Assembly (NCBI RefSeq): GCF_030028105.1
Contig: NC_092377.1
Span: 68,540,569-68,604,568, forward strand
Source: Mobula birostris
Lineage: Eukaryota
DNA: 64,000 nt
Direction of reading: 5' to 3'
Below the pieces are notes generated by a model. That model saw nothing but the letters and a program-made list of their open reading frames with translations. It searched no databases and was not told the origin of the DNA. Positions 1-11,330 of this stretch are shown here, in pieces. How positions within the stretch are numbered: the stretch's first letter is position 1; each line of letters begins with the position of its first letter. The translations under genes were made by a program, and so were the position numbers.

Positions 1-334
1 ACATTCCAAATCAGATCAGGTTTTGCAAGAAAAAAACCTCCTCTTTTGAAAAATATTTTAAATCTGTGTTTTCTAGATACTACTTTGTCCATCATAGTCT
101 GTCCTTTTCTCACTCAAAATTCAAAAACTCCTTCAAATAAAATCCTGCCTTAGTATGAGAATAAATAATCTTAGTGGTCTGATCCAAAGACTAAAGTGCA
201 TTTCCATGACAAACAAGCTGTTAGATTTCTAGAAAGGTGAACAAAAATGAGGAATAAGGACTTTTCTGTTTGCATCTCTCCTGAGTCATGCTGCCTCCCT
301 ACACCTAGAGATAAAAGAAAACACAGTACTTTAC

Positions 335-469
335 CTGTGTGGCATCAGCTAGTGAATCCTGAGTTACTCCAGACAGCTTGCGAATGTATCGTCCATAAAA
401 CACCGCTAACACAGCGACAGGGGGTACGATGCCCAGGACAAACATGGCCAACTGAGATGAGACCCAAAA
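335..469 (-). CDS. ABCB10: ABCB10 coding exon 4 (not in ORF track); gene continues beyond window start
   Basis: Manual translation [45 protein letters not shown]. Acceptor gtgaatag, donor CAG|GTAAAG. 135 nt, phase 0. Confidence 0.95.
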
Positions 470-1506
470 CTATTCACAAGGAACAATGAATAATTAATTA
501 GCAACAAGCACCAATGCTCACTGAATGGCATTCCTAAATTTTAAAATTAATTTTTTATCACATCAGGTTAAAACAATAACACATTAACTATGGCTAAGAT
601 GCAAGTCCAGTGAAACAAAGATAAAGGTTCTGTTCATTTTCAGTAGTTTAATATTCCACTGTATTCCTCAGTGTTTTTGAAGACTTTTGTCACTTGCAAT
701 ATGAGTCACAATTTTTACTGATCTAACCAATCTCACAAATCAGCAAACAAGAGACTTGTCTACAGATCAATTTCATGAAGTTACAACTATATTTAGATTT
801 CAGCTTGCTGTAATTGATAGTATCTTGATGCTTTTCAGAAATAAAACTGGAAATACTTATGAGTGTTAATGGATAGATTTAATGGGCTGCCATCAGAAAC
901 AGGATGTTTCTCGCTTTTATTTCAGAATTCTAGCATCTGCAGTATTTTGCTCAAGAACCTTAATACGCATCATATATAGTGCAAAATCTTCATTTCACCC
1001 ACTTGAACACACATTATGCCCAACTTTAAAAACACATAATTAACAAGCAAGCAGTTGGGAGGGTTTGTGTCAAGGCAGGCTCTTCTGCAATGGCTTGCAC
1101 AGGAGGAAAGCCGACCACAAGTCACAGTCCTGAAAATGGCTGTTGGATTTTATGACTGTAACTGGGACAAACTAATGGCTTTAGATGAGAAGGCTTACGG
1201 GTAGGAAGGGTGGTCATGGGGCCTTGCAGAGCTGAAAAGGCACTTAGATTTACCACAAATGATGCATACTAACAAATGCAACCATTGAACACTTTGTCTC
1301 AGACAGCTGTTGAGAAATAGATATTGCAGAACCAATGGCTTTAAACTCACATTTCAGAACATAAATAATGTAGAATGCAAACTTCTTCAAATCAAAATTT
1401 CACAAAATAAAATTACTGAACATACTCCTGGAATGGATGGATAGATATAAGCAACACAAAAAAATAACAAGGTATGTTTGTTGGGCCTATTCCCACCTTC
1501 ACGCAC

Positions 1507-1709
1507 CATCATGCCAACACCAGCTGATGCCTGCCCTACAGCTCTTAGCCCATCAGACAAGTTCTCAGTGACTGAGTGTCCAAGCACGACAGCATCAGAT
1601 GAAAGTCGGTTTATCAGCTCTCCTGTGCTGGACTTATCGAAAAATGCAACCTCCTGACAAAGAATCGAAGAAAATAATCTTCCTCTCAAGCGCTGGACAA
1701 TATGCTGCC
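1507..1709 (-). CDS. ABCB10: ABCB10 coding exon 3
   Basis: [39 protein letters not shown]...VGMM (ABC transmembrane domain). Acceptor ttattacag, donor ATG|GTGCGT. 203 nt. Confidence 0.97.
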
Positions 1710-2441
1710 CTGTAATAAATACACAAATGAGGGAAATCAACTAACTTGTGTAAAACAGCATAAGAAGTGACAGGCATTGGAATGAATGCTGCAGTTCAGA
1801 CACATTAAGGGAAATTTCATCTCATCCTTTCATGCATTAGTGTAATACTTTTGCTATTTCTAAGCTGACAAGCAACAATATTTTTTATTTTATCTACTTT
1901 ACTGGGAATAGCTGTCAAACTGCTTTCTCAAGGAACTACATAATTTATTCATCCTTTTTATTCGGCTCAGTGTTTAGCCAAAACAGTCAGTGAGTGTATG
2001 TATGTGTGTGTATATAAATAAATAAAAGACACAGACACACACACACTGTACTGGTGTATGGTAAAGCTGTCTCAAACCACAGTGGTAACCAGAATTCTTA
2101 CTTAACTCTAATTTCTCAGCCCCCTTTCCCACCATCTGCATTTAACTTTTTCTTTAATCCAAAAACAAAATAAACATTGTGACCTCACTTATTGAGCATT
2201 ACTAATTTTAAAAATGTGGGAAATGGAGGAACAATTGTGGGAAATGGATTAAAAACACATAAGCAAAGCAAAATGAGTTCATGAAAATCAAAACCCCAAA
2301 TTAAACCAAATACAGTATTTTTGTGGCTAAGTTCCATGTACTGTTATATTTGTGGGAGGACATTTTATGTATTCATTTCTGTGTCCCTACACACGTATTT
2401 CTTGTATAGTCTACAGGTTACGCAGTCCTATCTTTATTCAC

Positions 2442-2645
2442 CTGAGACCTGCATGAGGTAGACACGGGCACCATTGGCAGCAGCTCCACAAAGAAAGACA
2501 CCACTTAGTACAGCACAGAGTGAAGTCAAGCTTGCAGTAACATCTCCTCCTGCAGGATTTGTATAAATGGTATCGATAACCTTTCCAAGAAAGAATGGCG
2601 CAGACATGGTCACCATGCTGGACACACCTAAAAAGCTCACTGCAG
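2442..2645 (-). CDS. ABCB10: ABCB10 coding exon 2
   Basis: [31 protein letters not shown]...[15 protein letters not shown]. Acceptor ttctttctccag, donor G|GTGAAT. 204 nt, phase 1 to 1. Confidence 0.96.
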
Positions 2646-4749
2646 CTGGAGAAAGAACATAGTGCATGGCTTTAGATATCAGAGTTTGACTGGACTGCTA
2701 AGATAATGGAAGAGACTAACTGACATATTACAGAAAGCAAGTTTCAAAAGTAGACTAGGAGAAAACTCCAAATTCAACACATGTTCCTTAACCAATTCAG
2801 TAAAAAGTAATAAAATGAAAGAGAAAAACTTACCCCCCTCCCTCCGAGAGATAACTCTGGTGTGAATAGCCAATAGGTATCAGTTCTTTATACAAAGCTT
2901 AATCCAAGCTTCAAACTTTCCTCCAAAAAGCCATTAAGGTTTGAAGTGGAGAGGGCTCTTGGAGAAGGAACGTTAGTTTATTCTTTTCAAGTGAAAGTAT
3001 TAAAGTAGTTAGAAACCTGAAACAAATATATCATGATTCAATTTGTAGATCCAAATGGACTGCTCTTAGTTCCTAATACTCCCGTGGCACAAAGTTGTCA
3101 ATAAAACTAAGTTTCAAGGCAAACTGGTTATAGTTTGTCCTGAAACTTAATCAAGACTATGACAAATAAGAAAAAAAAAATCAGAAAACTCAAATAAAAT
3201 TTACTATGAGACATATAAAAACTGTGCTATTTTGTGTTCTCATTTCCATATTAAGAACTGAGTATTGTTTGAAAACTGAAAAGATTTACTGTCCTCAGAA
3301 AGTGGTAGCCAGAGCTTCTGTTACATATTCTACCAAATGCTCTCTCAAGCTGCAGTTGGAGATAAATAGCATGTTAGGGAAAGATATGAAGGGGTTTCAA
3401 GCCCTCTTATCACACTGCCACATGACATTTTCAAATTAACTGCAGCTCATGCACATGACTGGAAATTAGTATCAGTATTTGCTGAAAGTAGTGTGAGTTT
3501 TTCAAATCTTATATTCAATGTGCCTTAATGTGCTGTTTAGAAAAGAGCAGGGTTTTTAATGATTTATATCAAAAATGCTGCAAGTATATGGTAAAGCATG
3601 CATTGTCTATGAAGAAAAACAATTTCAAAGTTGCAATTAACCTGTTATCAAAAAAATTCAATAATTCTGTATTTTTTTCCTCAAGTTCACAATCAACATT
3701 TAAATTAATGGGATTATATTTTAATCTACATTTAAAATATCAATCAATACTCTAGTTCTTCTCAACCTGTTTCTATTAAACATAGTCACTGAAATTGGCT
3801 GAACTGAAGAAAAGCAGTAATTCAAAACAGGTGAATTCTGGTTTCTTCACCATTGCTCTCCAACAGCATCAAAGATCTTTTTAACCACTTATTTCCTTCT
3901 TTGTCTCAGAGAATTGTATATGGAAAAAACAAGTCGTCAACAGTTTACACAGCATAATAAACTTAAGGAAATGCTATCCCTAGACTGTCTTTGATGTCAA
4001 AAACAAACCACAAGGCTGAATTTCAAGGAGTTACAATCAGAACAAAACTAATCATAAACCAAAGGATTTCAAAGAGTAACTAAATGGGATCAGGCTACAT
4101 TGATAAAAGGGGTTTCGAAATAAATTACAGAAATAGTAATGAAAAACTGTTGACATGATTGCCAGTGAAGAGGCAGACCATGATTTAACCCAGACAGCAC
4201 AGTTGAAGACAGAACTCTTAAAGCTGGAGGAGGTGATTGGCAGATAGAGAGTTTAACAGACATCATAGTATTAACTAATTTGGACAAATATAACTCTGAA
4301 TTTGTAAATAGGATATTACAAAAATCATCAACCTGAGATATCGGAAGAGGTTATGAGCTTTGTAGACAGGTGTAGACCTTTGAAGAACCGATTGTGATAG
4401 TGAGAACAGATGCCACGGAGTCAGACTCGAGAGGAGGACCATTGCTGGATATTCTTAGGGTACAAATAAGTAAACTGAAGTACCCGGAAAAAGTTATTGC
4501 GAAGAATCCTATACTGGGGCTTTTGTTATACTGGGGGAAGGGAAAACCGAATTACAGACAAGACAGTTTTAGAGAAAGTGGATTTGAGGCGTGGAAATGA
4601 GGTATGGCTTGTCGATCAAAGTTGTTACGATTGGAATGAGAATGTCCTGGGTATGGGTATCGGCGACTTTGGGGAAAAATGTTAAATTTACCGATTCCTG
4701 ATCAGCACCACCCACTCCAAATCACCTGCAACTCAGGACTGTAATCCAA

Positions 4750-5480
4750 CTGTGCGGAGCCAGTGGGCAGTGTTTCGGCGGCTAGGAGCCATCGCAGCCT
4801 CCCACATTCATTCCTTACCCACCATCCGGAGGAACCAGTACCAGGGCCCAACCGCTCGGTCCTCCTCCGACCATTCCACCCTTTCCCCGGGCCAGGGCAC
4901 TCTTACCTGCAAGCGGCCACCGCTGCGGGTAGGCCAGAGCCAACAGCCTCCTAACATCCGCGGTTGCCGGTCCAGCGCTGGCCCGGCGTCGCTCGATATC
5001 CCGACCTGCGCCCTGTTGCCGGTCGGGCACCGTCTCTGTACTGCTTACCGGCGGGTGCCGACGCTCGACTGCTGACAACCGGGACCCGGCGCTGAAGCTG
5101 CGGCGAAGCACGGAGAGGTCGCGGTTACCATGGTCACGGCCGCTGGGCTCAGGCCAGAATCCCCGGGCCCTGCGCTCCGCACACCAGCAGCACCGAGTCA
5201 GCAAAGCGGTGGTAGCCGCTTGCAAGCCGCGCCTGTTGAGCGCGGTCCAGCGCTGCAGATGCAGAATCTGGCACGCCATTCAGTGGAATTATCAATAACC
5301 TAAAGTTAATCTCGGTGTCAGAGTGAAGAGACACCGTTCTTCAGTAAAACCCACGCCCCCAACATGATCCCACGACGCCAGGAACTCCAACAGTTCCTAT
5401 TCGATGACCGTGAAAGTCTTGATGGCTTCTTGTCACCGCTTTTATTGCATCGGATAGAATTTGCACCGCCCCCAACAGGT
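4750..5480. promoter_or_regulatory. CpG-island-like region over ABCB10 exon 1 and promoter
   Basis: Visibly high GC and CpG density against an AT-rich, CpG-depleted background. GC-box-like ccacgcccc and accgcccc upstream of the ATG. Confidence 0.7.
4907..5279 (-). CDS. ABCB10: ABCB10 mitochondrial ABC transporter, coding exon 1 (Arg-rich presequence region)
   Basis: ORF MACQ...DVRRLLALAYPQRWPLA resembles ABCB10 'RKLLGLAYPERRRLA'. Donor GCAG|GTAAGA at 4906. 373 nt, phase 1, GC/CpG-rich. The start codon is the least certain part. Confidence 0.88.
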
Positions 5481-5998
5481 TTAGCGGGGTTCAAACCCTC
5501 AGCAGGCACACACTGCATGATGCTTTAAGTTATAACTCGTAAACTGTGAATTATAGATTAAAAAGATTAATACAATGGAACAATTCTAGACCAGTTGTTC
5601 GCTTTACACTATGATGAATATATTATTTTATTTCAGTTTGAAATGTGGCAAAAACTAAAAAGAGAAATACAAGTTTGCTTGCTGGTAAAGCGACTGCCTT
5701 CTTCACAGCTCTGTACACTGGCTGCAAAGATTGATTTCTGACGAAGGAGTAAAGGTTGTGTTGATGATGGGCACTGTTCATATTTGTCAGAACTTTTATA
5801 CGGTGAAAATCCTTTCTGTGATGCCTCCAGGTGGATGGAATTCAGCGTTTCAGGAAAAGGCATTTCAGTTAAGAATCCCGTCAGGCATTTCCCTCTGGCA
5901 GAGAGATGAAAACGTCGTTGTAGTTACCACTCAAAAAAAATGTCTCTTCTTGAAGATAGCCGCTGCGAGTCTTTCTCTTCACAAATGCGGCAAATTAT

Positions 5999-6960
5999 AA
6001 ACTCAAGCAACACACATAAAAGTTGCTGCTGAATGCAGCAGGCCAGGCAGCATCTCTAGGAAGAGGTGCAGTCAACGTTTCGGGCCGAGACCCTTCGTCA
6101 GGACTAACTGAAGGAAGAGTGAGTAAGGGATTTGAAAGTTGGAGGGGGAGGGGGAGATCCAAAATGATAGGAGAAGACAGGAGGGGGAGGGATGGAGCCA
6201 AGAGCTGGGCAGGTGATTGGCAAAGGGGATACGAGAGGATCATGGGACAGGAGGTCCAGGAAGAAAGACAAGGGGGGGGGGACCCAGAGGATGGGCAAGG
6301 GGTATAGTCAGAGGGACAGAGGGAGAAAAAGGAGAGTGAGAGAAAGAATGTGTGTATAAAAATAAGTAACAGATGGGGTACGAGGGGGAGGTGGGGCATG
6401 AGCGGAAGTTAGAGAAGTCGATGTTCATGCCATCAGGTTGGAGGCTACCCAGACGGAATATAAGGTGTTGTTCCTCCAACCTGAGTGTGGCTTCATCTTT
6501 ACAGTAGAGGAGGCCGTGGATAGACATGTCAGAATGGGAATGGGATGTGGAATTAAAATGTGTGGCCACTGGGAGATCCTGCTTTCTCTGGCGGACAGAG
6601 CGTAGGTGTTCAGCAAAGCGGTCTCCCAGTCTGCGTCAGGTCTCGCCAATATATAAAAGGCCACATCGGGAGCACCGGACGCAGTATATCACCCCAGCCG
6701 ACTCACAGGTGAAATGTCGCCTCACCTGGAAGGACTGTCTGGAGCCCTGAATGGTGGTAAGGGAGGAAGTGTAAGGGCATGTGTAGCACTTGTTCCGCTT
6801 ACAAGGATAAGTGCCAGGAGGGAGATCAGTGGGGAGGGATGGAGGGACGGATGGACAAGGGAGTCGCGTAGGGAGCGATCCCTGCGGAAAGCAGAGGGGG
6901 GAGGGAAAGATGTGCCTAGTGGTGGGATCCCGTTGGAGGTGGCAGAAGTTATGGAGAATA
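5999..6960 (-). mobile_element. Penelope-like retroelement, 3' portion (GIY-YIG endonuclease end plus terminal repeat), relatively young
   Basis: Minus-strand reading ..GVIYCVRCSRCGLLYIGET..ATHFNSTSHSHSDMSIHGLLYC..RLEEQHLIFRLGSLQPDGMNIDFS (GIY-YIG-type). Very similar to 61585-62200. aaactcaag repeated at 5999-6007 and 6968-6976. Confidence 0.88.
6069..6106 (-). ncRNA. Minimal type I hammerhead ribozyme motif in PLE terminus
   Basis: Minus strand: tagtc CTGACGA a gggt ctcg gccc GAAA c GTT gactg. Stem I, conserved core, stem II, palindromic ACGT stem III, NUH = GUU. Confidence 0.8.
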
Positions 6961-6969
6961 ATAATAAAA

Positions 6970-7740
6970 ACTCAAGAGATTCTGTATATGCTGGAAATCC
7001 AGAGCAACACACACAAAATGCTAGAAGAATTCACGTCAGGCAGCATCAATGGAAATGACTAAAGGGTTTCCGTTTCGAGCCGTAAACCTCCTTCTGGACT
7101 GGAAAGGAAGAGGGAAGACGCCAGGATGAAAAGGTCAGGGGAAGGGAGGGTGAACATGTCAAGAAGGTGATAGGTGATGCTAGGTGGGTGGAAAAGGTAA
7201 ATTGCTGGAGAAGAAAGAATTTGATACGGGAGGAGAGTAGACTATGGGAGAAAGAGAAGAAGGCGGGGTACCGGGGGAAGTGATAGGTGGGCGGAAAAGG
7301 TAAAGTGCTGGAGAAGAAAAAATCTAATACACGAGGAGAGTGGACAATGGGAGAAAGGGAAGGGAGGGGGATACCAGGGGGAGGTGATAGGCAAGTGAGA
7401 AGATGTAAGAGATAAGTGGGGAATAGAAGAGGGAAGGGGAGGGGGAGAAATATTACCAGGAGAAATCGATATTTGTGCCATCAGATTGGAGCCTGCGTGG
7501 ATGGAATATGAGGTGTTCCTCCTCCAAATGAGAGTGGCATCATTGTGGCAAAAGAGCCCATGGACTGACAGGTTGGAACAGAAATGGGGATAGCAGTTAA
7601 AATGATTGGACAGAAGGAAATTCTGCTTTTGACAGAAAGAGCGGAAATGCTTGACAAGTGGTCCCCAATTTAATTGAGTCTCATCAATGTAGTGGAGGCT
7701 GCATGGGGAGCACTGGATACAACAGATGACCCCAACAGAT
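6970..7740 (-). mobile_element. Penelope-like element, older degenerate copy
   Basis: Same layout as 5999-6960 (terminal repeat, purine-rich UTR, endonuclease end). Decayed hammerhead at about 7064-7102. Confidence 0.78.
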
Positions 7741-7773
7741 TAATCTCCCCACTAACCTCCCTCCTGGTACATA

Positions 7774-9297
7774 CTGTGACTAGAAAAAGTATTCAAACAC
7801 CTTGGAAATTTACATGTTTTATTATTTTACAACTTTGAATCACAGTGGTTCTAATTTGGCCTTTTTTAAAAAAAACACTGATCAAGAGAAGACTCTTTCA
7901 TGTCAAGGTGAAAACAGATCTCTACAAAGTAATTTAAATTAATTACAAATATAAAACACAAAATAATTGATTGCATAAGTATTCACCCCCACCTTTAATG
8001 TGACACACCAAATCATCACTGGTGCAGCCATTTGGTTTCAGAAGTCACATAATTAGTTAAATGGAGATCTGTTTTGGGAGACCTGTGTGCAGTCAAGGTG
8101 CTTCAATTGATTGTAGTAAAAATACACCTGTATCTGGAAGTTCCAACTGCTGGCGAGTTAGTACCCTGGCAAAGACTACCTCATGAAGACAAAAGAACAC
8201 TCCAAGCAACTCTGCGAAAAGGTTATTGAAAAGCACAAGTCAGGAGATGGATACAAAAAACATTTTCAAATCACCAAATATCCCTTGGAGTACAGTTAAG
8301 TCAATCATCAAGAAATGGAAAGAATATGGAACAGCTGTGAATCTGCCTGGAGCAGACCATCCTCAAAAACGGAGTGACCATGCAAGAGGAGGACTAGCAA
8401 GGGAGGCCACCAAGAGATCTAAGACAACTCTGGCAGAGTTACAAGCTTCAGTGACTGAGATGGGAGAGACTATGCATACAACAACTGTTGCCTGGGTGCT
8501 TCACTAGTCCCAGCTTTATGGGAGAGTGGCAAAGAAAAACACACTGTTGAAAAATACTCACATGAAATCTCTGCTAGAGTTTTCCAGAAGGCATGTAGGA
8601 GACTCTAAAGCCAGCTGGAAGAAGGTTCTGTTGTCTGATGAAACCAAAATTGAGCCTTTTGGCCATCAGATTAAATGCTACGTTTGGCGTAAGCCAAAGA
8701 CCACACATCATCAAAAACACACCATCCCCGCCGTGAAGTGTGGTGTGGCTGCATCCTGCTGTGGGGATGATTCCATGCAGCAGCCCCTGGAAGGCTTGTG
8801 AAGGTAGAGAGTAAAATGAATGCAGCAAAATACAGAGATATCCTGGACCTGATGCAGTGCAGTCTGCAAGAGAACTGTGACTTGGGAGAAGATTTGTTTT
8901 CCAGCAAGACGAGGACCCCAAGAATAAAACCAAAGCTACATAGGATGGCGTAAAACAACAAAGTTAATGTCCTGGAGTGGCCAAGTCAGGGTCCAGACCT
9001 CAATCCATTTGAGAATTCGTGGCACCAACTCCACACAGATTCAAGGCTGTAATTACTGCCAACGATGCATCGACTAAATACTGACTTGAATGGGGCAAAA
9101 ACTTATGTAATCAATTATTTTGCATTTTATGTTTGTAATTAATTTAGATCACTTTGTAGAGATCTGTTTTCACTTTGACATGGAAGTCTTTTTCTATTGA
9201 TCAGTGTCATAGTATCCACTATGAATCAATATTGTAAAACAATAAAACATGAAAACTTCCAAGAGAGGTGAATACTTTTCTTAAAAAATAAGCACTG
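7774..9297 (+). mobile_element. Tc1/mariner DNA transposon (family A), near full length, disrupted transposase
   Basis: TA|ctgtg...cactg|TA ends with about 200-bp imperfect inverted repeats. ORF fragments with HTH (IPWSTVKSIIKKWKEYG), WKKVLLSDETKIE, and a [12 protein letters not shown]-type motif. Confidence 0.93.
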
Positions 9298-9299
9298 TA

Positions 9300-10005
9300 T
9301 TTCTGCAAGCAACAGAAATGCTTCATCTGCACATTCACCTCCTCCCTTTCCTCAATTCAGTGACCCAAATAGTCCTTGCAGTTGAGGCAAGACTTCACTG
9401 GTGAATCTGAGGGTGTCGTCTATTGTATCCACTGTGGCCTCCTCTATACTTCTGAGACCCAACGTAAACTGGGGGACTATTTTGTTGAGCGCTTCCGCTT
9501 CATTTGTCAACAGTGGAATATCCCACTGGCTAACCATTTTCATTCCTATCCCCATTACAACACATCAGTCCATGGCGTCCTCTTTTGTCACAATGAGGCC
9601 ACTCGGGGTGGAGGAGCAACAAAGTAGCTTCCAACATGATGGCACGAACATTGATTTCTCCTTCAAGTAATATTTTCTCTCCTCCTTTCCTCTTCTTCTA
9701 TTCCCTAATCTGATCTCTAAATTCTTCTCCTCACCTGGCTATCACCAGCTCCTAGTGTCCCTTCTTTTTCCCTACCTCTTATGGTCCATTCTCCTCTCAG
9801 ATTACTTCTTTTCCAGCCTTTTACCAATCATCTAACTTCACCTATCACCCTCTAGCTCGTCCTCCCCACCCCTTTTTTTATTCTGGCATCTTCCCCATCT
9901 TTTCCAGTACTGAAGAAAGGTCTCAGCTCAAAACCTCAAATGTTTATTCATTTCCATAGATCCTGACCTGCTCAGTTCCTCTAGCATTTTGTGTGTGTTA
10001 CTCCA
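9300..10005 (+). mobile_element. Penelope-like element, + strand (its 5' stub 7742-7771 lies left of the Tc1)
   Basis: ORF 9376-9627 FTGESEGVVYCIHCGLLYTSETQRKLGDYFVE..ANHF (degenerate GIY-YIG). Terminal repeat with decayed hammerhead at 9905-9942. Confidence 0.8.
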
Positions 10006-10229
10006 AATGCAGCATAATTGTATTTCTGAGATTCCGAATTCCCTTCTAACTTTCAGCTTTCAGATTTTTGCTTTTCATCTGACATGATATTTCTAATTCA
10101 TTGATCTTGGGCAAAGCGCAAAATCAAATATCATTGTAATGATTGTACGTTCAAGTATCAATTGCTTGGCGACAATAAAGTAAAGTAAATAAAGATCCAA
10201 ATAATTTACTGTGGAACACAAACAGTATT

Positions 10230-10505
10230 TAATATTTTTTGAGATACAGCAAAGAATTGGCCCTTCCAGCGTTTTGAGCCACGCCATCCAATATTCCCCA
10301 AATTTAATCCAAGCCTAGTTACAGGACAATTTACAATGACCTATCAACCTACCAATCAGTAGGTCTTTGGACTGTGGGAGGAAACCAGAGCACCCAGAGG
10401 AAACCCACATGGTCACAGGGAGAACGTATAAACTCCTTACAAGAAGCAGCAGGAACTGAACCAGTCACCTGCACTGTAAAGTGTTGTGCTAACCACTACG
10501 CTACC
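10230..10505 (-). mobile_element. tRNA-derived V-SINE-like element
   Basis: Core tgtgggaggaaaccagagcacc..gaaacccac..gtcacagggagaacgt..aaactcc. Related copies at about 23215-23470, 12340-12600 and 62878-62990. Confidence 0.7.
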
Positions 10506-10964
10506 ATACATTAGTATCAAATAATTCTTTGAACTCCTCCTTCCAGGGTTATACCTCATTATCAGTAAGTATCCCTCCATTGTTAGCTTTCAAGAAGGCA
10601 AGACCTATTCCTATAGGTGGTCCAGTGCTGGAGAATCCAAGCATGTCGTTTTTATGGACAGTTTGCTGCATCCTCTGTATTTTTCTAACTGGCAATCTGC
10701 TCACTTGGTCAGTTTTTTTTTTGTTTGCTATAAGCCTTCAGTTTCTTTCCCTTGAGCCATATAGTTAATAAAATTCTGAATTTGCTGTTTAAAGATAAAG
10801 ATTAGCTTTATTTGATACACGTTCTTCAAAACATAGTGAAATGCCCCATTTGTGTCAATTCAAATCAGCAAAGATGGTGCTGGGCTACCTGCAAGTGTTG
10901 CCATACTTCTGGCACCAACATCACATGCCCACAATTCACTAACCTGAACTGTACATGACAAATA

Positions 10965-11330
10965 AACTGTTCATGCTTCCAGCCAGGTATAGGTATCAAT
11001 TTTAACCAACATCTTGATGATAAACTCTGCCATCATCTTCAGGGATGATGCCTGGGCACATCTAATCTGGTGGTATTTATACCCGTCGTCCCACCTTGTT
11101 TACAATCAAACTCCAGTTCTTTCTTAACGTGAGCCTTTGTTTTTGTTAAAATACTTCCCCTCTAGTTTTATTTCAATGGCTTTCTTCACCAGGCCGTTCC
11201 AAAAGCCATTGGCATGGCACAGTAGTTGCTGAAGTCAAACCTATGGCCATTGCCAATACTGTGTTCTGTTACCACTTATTTCCCTGGATAACCCAAACGG
11301 ATACATCTCTTGTGGTCCTTGATGTGTGTC
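10965..11330 (-). mobile_element. Second Penelope-like family, 3' fragment
   Basis: Minus-strand reading VVTEHSIGNGHRFDF..CHANGFWNGLVKKAIEIKLEGKYFNKNKG matches the GIY-YIG C-terminal pattern AEH..GH..KEAIEI..FN. Decayed hammerhead at 11006-11044. Confidence 0.7.

Noticed and set aside
4752-5075. Plus-strand ORFs overlapping ABCB10 exon 1
   Set aside because: Antisense shadows of a GC-rich coding exon with no recognisable protein features.
9905-9942. Further PLE hammerhead copies (also about 7064-7102, 36954-36984 and 43050-43066)
   Set aside because: Core nucleotides are mutated or truncated. Recorded as decayed remnants, not functional ribozymes.
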